Part shown: piece by piece, positions 9,807-16,409 of the stretch
How the letters are laid out: the number at the start of each line of letters is the position of its first letter
Numbering within the stretch: position 1 is the first letter of the stretch
Source: Thermoplasmatota archaeon
GTDB lineage: Archaea; Thermoplasmatota; Thermoplasmata; Halarchaeoplasmatales; Halarchaeoplasmataceae
Assembly (NCBI GenBank): GCA_018334835.1
Contig: JAGXLF010000003.1
Location: forward strand, 156-64,155
Length of the DNA stretch: 64,000 nucleotides
Reading direction: 5' to 3'
Program-made: the position numbers and the translations under genes
Notes under the pieces: generated by a model
Seen by the model: only the letters and a program-made list of their open reading frames with translations
Told to the model about the DNA's origin: nothing
Database searches by the model: none

Positions 9807-12365
9807 TTGATGGAAGGAGAAACTGAAGAGATAGCGGACGAGGTTTATACTAGAGATCTGGAGGAGGAGATGGAAGATTCCTATATCAATTACGCCATGA
9901 GCGTCATCGTTGGTAGAGCTCTCCCTGACGTGAGAGACGGTCTGAAGCCCGTGCACCGCAGGATATTGTATTCGATGCGGCAGGAAGGTCTGTCTTCTAA
10001 TAAATCTCATAAGAAGTCTGCGAGAGTTGTAGGTGACGTTCTGGGTAAGTATCATCCTCATGGAGATCAAGCGGTCTACGACGCTTTGGTCAGGATGTCT
10101 CAGGATTTTTCTTTACGGTACCCTCTTGTTGATGGACAGGGTAATTTTGGTTCTCTAGATGGTGATGAGCCCGCAGCGATGCGTTACACCGAAACTCGTT
10201 TGGAAGAGATGGCGGAAGATTTAATGGAAGATTTGGATAAAGAGACTGTTGAATTCAGGGACAATTACGACGGTAGTCTGGAAGAACCCGTGGTTATGCC
10301 TTCAAAGCTCCCGAATCTTCTACTGAACGGAGCGAGCGGTATAGCCGTGGGTATGTCAACCAACGTCCCTCCACATAATCTGAACGAGCTTGTAGGTGCG
10401 ATAAAACTCTTGATAGATCAACCCGAATGCGAGATAACTGATCTTATGGAGGAACTCCCAGCACCAGACTTTCCAACGGGAGGTATAATCTACGGGTATA
10501 ACGGAGTTTACAACGCCTACAAGGAAGGTAGAGGGAAGATCAAGATCAGAGCGAAGACAAAGATCGAAGATCTTAGAGGTCAAAGAAAAAGGATCGTGTT
10601 AAACGAGATACCATATCAGGTGAACAAATCCAAACTGGTCGAGAGCATAGCCTCGCTGGTGAATGATGATGTGATAAGCGAGATCTCTGATCTAAGAGAT
10701 GAGTCCGACAGGGATGGCGTGAGAGTGGTCATCGATCTGAAGAGAGGAGTCATACCCGATGTGGTGTTGAACAAACTTTTCAAGCATACCCAGATGGAGG
10801 TCACATTCGGTGTGATCAATCTTGCACTGGTAGACGACGAACCGCAGGTTTTGAATTTGAAAGAGACGCTTCAACATTTTATCGATCACAGGGTGGATGT
10901 TATCACCAGGAGGACCAAGTATGAGTTGGACAAAGCTCAGGACAGAGCTCACATACTAGAAGGCCTTTTGACGGCTCTAGACAATCTGGATAAGGTGATA
11001 AGTATAATACGCTCTTCTGAGGAACAGTCTAAAGCGAAAGACAGGTTGATGTCCGAGTTTTTACTGAGCGACGATCAGGCACAGGCTATACTCGACATGA
11101 GATTGAGAAGATTGACCGGTATGGAAAGAGACAAGCTGCAGACTGAATATGAGGAACTGCAGGAGGATATCAAGGAGTACAAAGAAATACTTGGAGATGA
11201 AGATAGAATACTGAATATCATCGAGAACGAACTCGACGAGATGGCCGATAAATACGGCGATGAAAGAAGGACCGAGATCAATAAGGAAGCGGAAGACCTG
11301 GAAACGGAAGACCTGATACCAGAAGAAGAGTTGGTGATAACTTTGACCCAGAGGGGTTACATCAAGAGAACGCCTGTCGAGACTTACAAGAAGCAGAGGA
11401 GGGGTGGCGTTGGTCTGATAGGCATGGATACTAAGGAACAGGATCATGTGGTGGACCTCTTCGTTACGAATTCTCATGACTACCTTTTGTTCTTCACTGA
11501 TAAGGGGAGAGTTTATTGGCTCAAAGCTTACAAATTGCCTAAGGGTAGCAGAAGATCCCAAGGAAGACCTATAGTGAATATGCTTCCGAGGTTGGACGAT
11601 GACGAGAACATAGAAGATCTGATACCGGTTAGCGAATTCTCTGAAGAAGAATATTTGCTCTTCGCTACCAAGAAAGGGAAGATCAAACGTACATCTCTAG
11701 CTGATTACAGCAATCCCCGGGTGACCGGCATATGGGCTATCAAACTACGAGATGATGATGAACTGGTGGAAACTAGACTTTCCGACGGCTCGAAAGATGT
11801 GATGCTCGCCACCAAGAACGGACAGGCGATCAGATTTGACGAGGAAGACGTGAGATCGACGGGAAGATACACCATGGGAGTGATAGGAGCGAGTTTAGAA
11901 GATGATGACGAAGTGGTGAGCATGACTCTAGTGAATGATGAAGATACTTTGTTGACACTCACCGAAAAAGGGTATGGAAAGCGCTGTGATGTCGAAAATT
12001 ACAGGAAGACGAACCGAGGCGCAAAAGGGGTGATAACGATGAAGACAGTAGAGCGCAACGGAAAAGTTGTTTGTGCACGCAGGGTAGAGGACGACGAAGA
12101 GATCGTACTTCTAAGCAGGAAGGGTATGATAATAAGGACCCGGGCTGGCGATATAAGCAAACAGGGTAGGAACACCATGGGTGTGAAAGTGATGAATCTA
12201 AAAGAGGACGACAGGCTAAAAGCGATGTCGAAAGTGGTTAGTGAGGAAAAGGAGAAGGAGATTATCGAAGAAGATACTTCTTCTGAATCACTCGAGCAAA
12301 GCTCTGCGGATGAATCACTCGAGCAAAGCTCTGCGGATATTGAGGAAGAAGAGACGAGCGAATGA
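9807..12365 (+). CDS. gyrA: DNA gyrase subunit A
   Basis: 852 aa. Contains [12 protein letters not shown], the HPHGD motif, the active-site region [10 protein letters not shown], a C-terminal beta-pinwheel region and an acidic tail with a 9-aa tandem duplication. Confidence 0.97.
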   Translation: MMEGETEEIADEVYTRDLEEEMEDSYINYAMSVIVGRALPDVRDGLKPVHRRILYSMRQEGLSSNKSHKKSARVVGDVLGKYHPHGDQAVYDALVRMSQDFSLRYPLVDGQGNFGSLDGDEPAAMRYTETRLEEMAEDLMEDLDKETVEFRDNYDGSLEEPVVMPSKLPNLLLNGASGIAVGMSTNVPPHNLNELVGAIKLLIDQPECEITDLMEELPAPDFPTGGIIYGYNGVYNAYKEGRGKIKIRAKTKIEDLRGQRKRIVLNEIPYQVNKSKLVESIASLVNDDVISEISDLRDESDRDGVRVVIDLKRGVIPDVVLNKLFKHTQMEVTFGVINLALVDDEPQVLNLKETLQHFIDHRVDVITRRTKYELDKAQDRAHILEGLLTALDNLDKVISIIRSSEEQSKAKDRLMSEFLLSDDQAQAILDMRLRRLTGMERDKLQTEYEELQEDIKEYKEILGDEDRILNIIENELDEMADKYGDERRTEINKEAEDLETEDLIPEEELVITLTQRGYIKRTPVETYKKQRRGGVGLIGMDTKEQDHVVDLFVTNSHDYLLFFTDKGRVYWLKAYKLPKGSRRSQGRPIVNMLPRLDDDENIEDLIPVSEFSEEEYLLFATKKGKIKRTSLADYSNPRVTGIWAIKLRDDDELVETRLSDGSKDVMLATKNGQAIRFDEEDVRSTGRYTMGVIGASLEDDDEVVSMTLVNDEDTLLTLTEKGYGKRCDVENYRKTNRGAKGVITMKTVERNGKVVCARRVEDDEEIVLLSRKGMIIRTRAGDISKQGRNTMGVKVMNLKEDDRLKAMSKVVSEEKEKEIIEEDTSSESLEQSSADESLEQSSADIEEEETSE

Positions 12366-12420
12366 GGCGAAAAACTCTTATTGGTTTATAGATTGAGCTT
12401 TTAACACTTGAGAGTCTCTT

Positions 12421-12434
12421 GGGCGCGTGGCCTA
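12421..12434 (+). repeat. Direct copy of the first 14 nt of tRNA-Arg, 111 nt upstream of the gene
   Basis: GGGCGCGTGGCCTA at 12421-12434 equals 12532-12545 (tRNA positions 1-14). Confidence 0.8.
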
Positions 12435-12531
12435 CTGGGGAAAATAAAAAAAACATTTTCCCCATACATTCAAGGCCATCAAGATGCCCTTGAATATAGG
12501 CCGGACAGTCTCATCGACAAAACCTCTTAAT

Positions 12532-12606
12532 GGGCGCGTGGCCTAGGCTGGACATGGCGCTGCCCTTCTAAGGCAGACATCATGGGTTCGAATCCCATCG
12601 CGTCCG
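12532..12606 (+). tRNA. tRNA-Arg (anticodon TCT)
   Basis: Hand fold. Acceptor GGGCGCG/CGCGTCC (one G-T pair). Anticodon arm CTGCC-CTTCTAA-GGCAG with TCT at 12567-12569. T arm ATGGG-TTCGAAT-CCCAT. Discriminator G. No encoded CCA. Confidence 0.9.
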
Positions 12607-12847
12607 CTCATAAATCTCTGATTTTAAGCGGTCAAGAAGAACTCGTTAGAGTTCTTTGGCGTCCGCCATATTATTTTTTCTTTCTATAATTGACGGACTA
12701 AGAGAATGCAGTAGCATTCTTTAGAGTCCACTTTTCTATGAAAAGCGGTGAGTTAGAAAGCGCTAGCTTTCTGAAGCGTCCGCTTACAAATCTTTTATTT
12801 TAAGCGGGTAAGAAGAACTCGCTAGGTTAGAGTTCTTTAGCGTCCAC
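12600..12847. repeat. Array of four ~52-65-nt hairpin units delimited by five copies of the tRNA-Arg 3' end octamer (GCGTCCGC or variants)
   Basis: Octamer copies at 12600, 12659, 12724 (GAGTCCAC), 12776 and 12840 (GCGTCCAC). Perfect stems at 12637-12656, 12703-12720, 12755-12772 and 12813-12837. Confidence 0.75.
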
Positions 12848-12947
12848 TACATTATCTTTGATTTTAAACTTGGTAGAAAGATATGTTGGTACATTTTCAG
12901 TATTCGTAAGTTTGTCTTTTTCGCTAATCGACAGAAAAAGATAACCA

Positions 12948-13064
12948 TCAACCCTCTTCAACTTTCTCATAAGAGTAGTACTTCTGGCAATGTACACACC
13001 AGTAATCTTCTTCTTTTGAATCTTTAACCACTGTGTTTCCACATCGAGGACATTTTTCGACCAA
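12948..13064 (-). CDS. Possible 38-aa zinc-ribbon protein (below the ORF-track size cutoff)
   Basis: From the TTG start the frame reads (M)VEKCPRCGNTVVKDSKEEDYWCVHCQKYYSYEKVEEG*. It has two CxxC pairs, GAGGA 8 nt upstream and a TGA stop. It competes with the 71-aa ORF 12827..13042 in another frame. Confidence 0.4.
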   Translation of the reverse strand: MVEKCPRCGNTVVKDSKEEDYWCVHCQKYYSYEKVEEG

Positions 13065-13293
13065 TTTGATTTCCTCTAATTAAAGACCGTATATATTTTG
13101 TTCTATTCACTAGGATATTCCTTAATATTTTTTCTGATGTTTTCAGATTTTTAGAAGATTTAATTAAAAAATATAAAATAAAATTAGGGTTAAAATTGAT
13201 CACAAAAAAGTCCTATTCACTAAAAAGTTGATAAACCCGAACATCCAAAAAATCTAATAAGGGATACCGATACTATCTGCCTGTACCCCTTTT

Positions 13294-13476
13294 GGGGGTA
13301 TAGGGTAACACGGCATCCTAACGGGCTCCAGTTACGTGGGATGATCGCCGATGGGTTTACTGACCAGTTATGGGATGATGATTAACTGGAGCGGTGACCC
13401 GTGATTCGATGACACGTAGGGTAGCTCCCTGCGTGGAGGAAACCCGTTGATCGGGGTTCAAATCCCCGTGCCCCCA
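13294..13476 (+). tRNA. tRNA-Trp (anticodon CCA) with a 110-nt intron after position 37
   Basis: Hand fold. Acceptor GGGGGTA/TGCCCCC plus discriminator A. Anticodon stem ACGGG (13321-25) pairs with CCCGT (13443-47). Loop CTCCAG..A with CCA at 13328-13330. T arm CGGGG-TTCAAAT-CCCCG. The exact splice junctions (about 13332 and 13441) were not verified. Confidence 0.88.
13332..13441 (+). ncRNA. Intron-encoded C/D-box guide RNA targeting tRNA-Trp positions 34 and 39
   Basis: C-like GGGATGA (13338-44), D' CTGA (13360-63), C' ATGATGA (13375-81) and D-like GTGA (13394-97). Terminal stem ACGTG/CACGT (13334-38/13413-17). Guide TAACTGGAGC is the exact reverse complement of exon/intron GCTCCAGTTA. Confidence 0.75.
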
Positions 13477-13553
13477 TTTTTCTACGAAAAATGGTGACAC
13501 TCTGCGGAATCGTAGATTCCGCTGGACTCCTCGAAAACTTTGTTTTCTGCGGG

Positions 13554-13567
13554 TCCCCGTGCCCCCA
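13554..13567 (+). repeat. Direct copy of the last 14 nt of tRNA-Trp, 91 nt downstream (start to start)
   Basis: TCCCCGTGCCCCCA at 13463-13476 (tRNA 3' end) recurs at 13554-13567. Hairpins GCGGAATC-gta-GATTCCGC and GAAAAC-ttt-GTTTTC lie between the copies. Confidence 0.8.
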
Positions 13568-13849
13568 CTATACCTCAGGTTCATAACGTCAAGTCTATAT
13601 TTCACTTTTTATTTTAGAATATTTTCTCTTCCCTTTTCAAAATTCATCTAACGAGTTTTTCGACTAGAATTCCTTCTTGTACTCCTCTATCTTTCCTTTG
13701 CGGAAGTATGAGGTAGCTGGTTGCTTATCCTTGTCCGTATCTGTAATCACTGCAGGAAGGTTGGCACCATATTTTTCGAATGTTTTCACGTACTTGTCCT
13801 TAACTCTGTACCCATTTAGTGTGTCAAAATAAATCCTACCATGTCTTTT

Positions 13850-14254
13850 CTAGAAGAAAAATTCTTTATTTTTATCATAATAAACAACTCCTAAAGGTGT
13901 TCCATGCCATTTTTTGTCTTTGATTGGATGAAGTATACAAGAGATATCATCTACTTTGACCTTGTGCTTGACACCTAATGGAGTTATCCATATCAACTCA
14001 TCGTCTTCAAATTTGTACTTGTCCACATGCACGTGCTTCAACATACTTCTATAACCTAAAAAATACATCAAGAATGGAGTTTGGATACAGAATAATATCA
14101 AAAAATACATTATACCTGAGGTGAAAATCATGATTGGACTATCTAATGGTGGATTAAAGAAATCAAATATTGTTAAAAACACAACAGCACCTACCGGGCC
14201 AAGGATTGCCATAAATATTTGGATATCAACAGTTTTTTTCTTACGAATTTCCAA
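13850..14254 (-). CDS. Small 2-TM membrane protein with a PH-like C-terminal region; the frame continues past an in-frame TAG to 13664
   Basis: ORF track, 134 aa. Two or three hydrophobic helices followed by a YKFEDDELIWITPLGVKHKVKVDDISCIL segment. The TAG at 13850-13852 is followed by 61 more sense codons in the same frame. Confidence 0.5.
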   Translation of the reverse strand: MEIRKKKTVDIQIFMAILGPVGAVVFLTIFDFFNPPLDSPIMIFTSGIMYFLILFCIQTPFLMYFLGYRSMLKHVHVDKYKFEDDELIWITPLGVKHKVKVDDISCILHPIKDKKWHGTPLGVVYYDKNKEFFF

Positions 14255-14279
14255 TCGTTTTCATGGATCTCTGACATCT

Positions 14280-14600
14280 TCAACCACCCCCATTATCAGT
14301 AAACTCCTTCAACAAGCTTTGCTCATATACCATTATAGCGGACAACAGGAAATTGAACCCAGCGAAGAACAACAGCACGCTAATCCAATTGTTATTCTTT
14401 ACTATCAGAAAGATAGCGAAGATCAAGACCATTATAACCGTGTTTATCAAGATAAAATAAAGACAGAAATCGTACATCTTGTGGATATTTTTCATTTCCA
14501 TATCTTCTCGTTTCAGAGTCCACTCTGATATCCTCTTTCTGAAAGCGATCAATATCAAACCGCCTATGGTGTAACCTAGAAGGGATATTATTCCTAACAT
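14280..14600 (-). CDS. Small membrane protein (about 3 TM), unknown function
   Basis: ORF track, 106 aa, hydrophobic. Tightly packed in the same minus-strand gene string. Confidence 0.45.
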   Translation of the reverse strand: MLGIISLLGYTIGGLILIAFRKRISEWTLKREDMEMKNIHKMYDFCLYFILINTVIMVLIFAIFLIVKNNNWISVLLFFAGFNFLLSAIMVYEQSLLKEFTDNGGG

Positions 14601-14602
14601 AT

Positions 14603-15430
14603 TCAGCGGTGCCCCCTGTAATCCTCATCTGGTCCGCTCTTATAATACTTGTAAAGTGGATACTCGATCAGGATCAGATGGATGGCAGTAAATATTATAA
14701 AGCCTGATATCAAGATCCAACCAAGTAGTATCGGGTCAAAATAAACCATTATACCAAGAGGGATCACTATCATTAAGATAAACTTCCAAAAAATACGAAT
14801 CGCCGTACTCGGGTCTTTATATTTATCATTCCTCTCAGCAACCTTTCTGGCTAATTTAGGAAGAGAATCCTTTATCTCATCGTAGTCGTGATATTCATTT
14901 TCCTCAGCATAATCAGGATATTCCTCCACCTCTCTCTTCTTTTGGAACTTATCGGTCGCTGAACTTGGCAGTGCTTTCATCACCTTTTTGCCCATGTTCC
15001 TTCGGATGATGTATCCCCCCGATACCGTTTTGATAACCAGTACCTTTCCGTAAGTCTGCGATTCCTCGTATTGTATCTTAGTGATATCCTTGTACTTCAC
15101 CTTCTCCCTTTCTCCACTGGGCGTGTACTTTTCAGGTATCTCTATTCCATCCTTCATGACCATATATGGTCTACTTTTCTTCAGACAATAGCCACCGAAT
15201 ATCCGGATAAAAGCAACAAGGAGCACAGTAGAGACGGCCATGACTATAGTAAACATGATATTTCCAACGATCAATCCGACGATGGCTAGTAATGAAAAGA
15301 AAACGATGATTATTGCGGGAGATATCCACTTGAACGCAATCTCTAAATTATCATCGGGTCGTAACTCTTTTACCTTTTCTACATCTCGTTGATTATGTTG
15401 CTCCAAGTAGTTTTCCTCATCAGCGACCAT
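14603..15430 (-). CDS. Membrane protein: 2 TM, a PH-like domain, an acidic linker and 2 more TM; unknown function
   Basis: ORF track, 275 aa. The segment YMVMKDGIEIPEKY..EKVKYKDITKIQYEES..GKVLVIKTVSGGYII resembles membrane-anchored bacterial-type PH (bPH) domains. That assignment is inference only. Confidence 0.55.
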   Translation of the reverse strand: MVADEENYLEQHNQRDVEKVKELRPDDNLEIAFKWISPAIIIVFFSLLAIVGLIVGNIMFTIVMAVSTVLLVAFIRIFGGYCLKKSRPYMVMKDGIEIPEKYTPSGEREKVKYKDITKIQYEESQTYGKVLVIKTVSGGYIIRRNMGKKVMKALPSSATDKFQKKREVEEYPDYAEENEYHDYDEIKDSLPKLARKVAERNDKYKDPSTAIRIFWKFILMIVIPLGIMVYFDPILLGWILISGFIIFTAIHLILIEYPLYKYYKSGPDEDYRGHR

Positions 15431-15470
15431 CTATTTTTAGTAAAATGAGATATTATTTTTAATAGTTCGG

Positions 15471-15953
15471 TTAATCTTCGTGGAATTCAATAACATATTT
15501 CCCCCACTTCAAGAACGGGATATCATATCTCACAAATTCTACAGAAGCTTCTTTGTCAGTATTCTCATTGATCCATCTTTTGTACTCCTCGATAAGGGAC
15601 CTGCCGTATTTCCCACCTGTCCCTGGACCTAAGATCACTCTACCATCATCACCATCCTTTTTTGTTTTCACAATTACAGCACTATCTTCCTTCGACGGAA
15701 CTAATATATCATCTATATCGCTAAATCGAAGTTTTTCTTTCCTCACTTCTCTGTCGATATAATGCATATTTTCTGAATCATAGCCCAATTTCTTTTTGGC
15801 ATTCTTTAGCGAAAATAAAGGAGAAATTGCTGAGAATATGATGAAAATGATACCAATTATCATCGTTAATTGTACAGGAGGCCCAGTTAAAATTTCACTT
15901 ATTACAATGAAAACCGTGTATCCCAAGATGGCCATGCCGGAAAATAAAATCAT
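15471..15953 (-). CDS. Membrane protein: 2 TM plus a PH-like soluble domain; unknown function
   Basis: ORF track, 160 aa. EKLRFSDIDDILVPSKEDSAVIVKTKKDG parallels the K..DI..I segment of the 275-aa and 134-aa neighbours. Confidence 0.55.
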   Translation of the reverse strand: MILFSGMAILGYTVFIVISEILTGPPVQLTMIIGIIFIIFSAISPLFSLKNAKKKLGYDSENMHYIDREVRKEKLRFSDIDDILVPSKEDSAVIVKTKKDGDDGRVILGPGTGGKYGRSLIEEYKRWINENTDKEASVEFVRYDIPFLKWGKYVIEFHED

Positions 15954-16059
15954 GTACTTTTTTACGATTGACTTGTATCTTGTTCCCTTCCATCTAATTT
16001 TATCATCATCTATTTGACTAGTGCCTCTCTTCTAAATTCATTTTTTGTTATATGAATTT

Positions 16060-16245
16060 TTATTTTTTAGAATTTGGCTTATCGTCTAGATAAAGTTTGA
16101 CTAGATATGTCGAAAATGCTAGCACAGGGATAGATAAAATCAGGGTATCATAGCAAACCAGGAGAAGTTTTTTGTAATCGAATCCAGGGTGATCTACAGA
16201 AGGTATATTGCCATGGCCACTACGAAGATGGAAATGAGAGTCCAA
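16060..16245 (-). CDS. Possible 61-aa membrane peptide
   Basis: ORF track. One C-terminal hydrophobic helix. It would be the first gene of the minus-strand string. Weak evidence. Confidence 0.25.
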   Translation of the reverse strand: MDSHFHLRSGHGNIPSVDHPGFDYKKLLLVCYDTLILSIPVLAFSTYLVKLYLDDKPNSKK

Positions 16246-16370
16246 TATTTGAAAAATCTTGTCACCAGCCCACCGCTATTCTTCATTTAAACATACGTTA
16301 GAATCCCGGTTGTCCTCATATCTTTCTGAGTTATTCAGCTAAACTTAAAAGGAAAGATTTATGTATTGAG

Positions 16371-16387
16371 TACACAATTATTGTGTA
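16371..16387. promoter_or_regulatory. Perfect 8-1-8 palindrome (candidate operator) in a divergent promoter region
   Basis: TACACAAT-T-ATTGTGTA lies 23 nt upstream of the ATPase start codon (16410), inside the 164-nt divergent intergenic region. Confidence 0.45.
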
Positions 16388-16409
16388 GACAATTAAGAGG
16401 AAGATATCG

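Noticed and set aside
12600-12847. A CRISPR array interpretation of the hairpin units next to tRNA-Arg.
   Set aside because: The units are not identical repeats separated by unique spacers. The stems differ in sequence, the periods vary (52-65 nt), there are only ~4-5 units, and no cas genes or leader are present in the window.
12827-13042. A 71-aa minus-strand ORF from the track.
   Set aside because: It is a featureless basic sequence that runs into the hairpin/octamer array. A four-Cys zinc-ribbon micro-ORF in another frame (12948..13064) with an SD-like motif explains the region better. Neither is proven.
13357-13605. An 82-aa minus-strand ORF.
   Set aside because: It lies antisense to the tRNA-Trp 3' exon, intron and trailer repeats. 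It has an Arg/Gly-rich composition and no start context, so it is a by-product of structured RNA sequence.
13850-13852. Pyrrolysine decoding of the in-frame TAG.
   Set aside because: TAG clearly terminates several well-defined genes here (LysE at 3332, histidine kinase at 19135, SMC at 60946). No pyl genes or methylamine methyltransferases are in the window. A nonsense mutation is the simpler explanation.
14392-14628. A 78-aa ORF overlapping two membrane-protein genes.
   Set aside because: It overlaps the 106-aa and 275-aa ORFs out of frame. Its composition is hydrophilic and Arg-rich, unlike its neighbours, and it has no start context.
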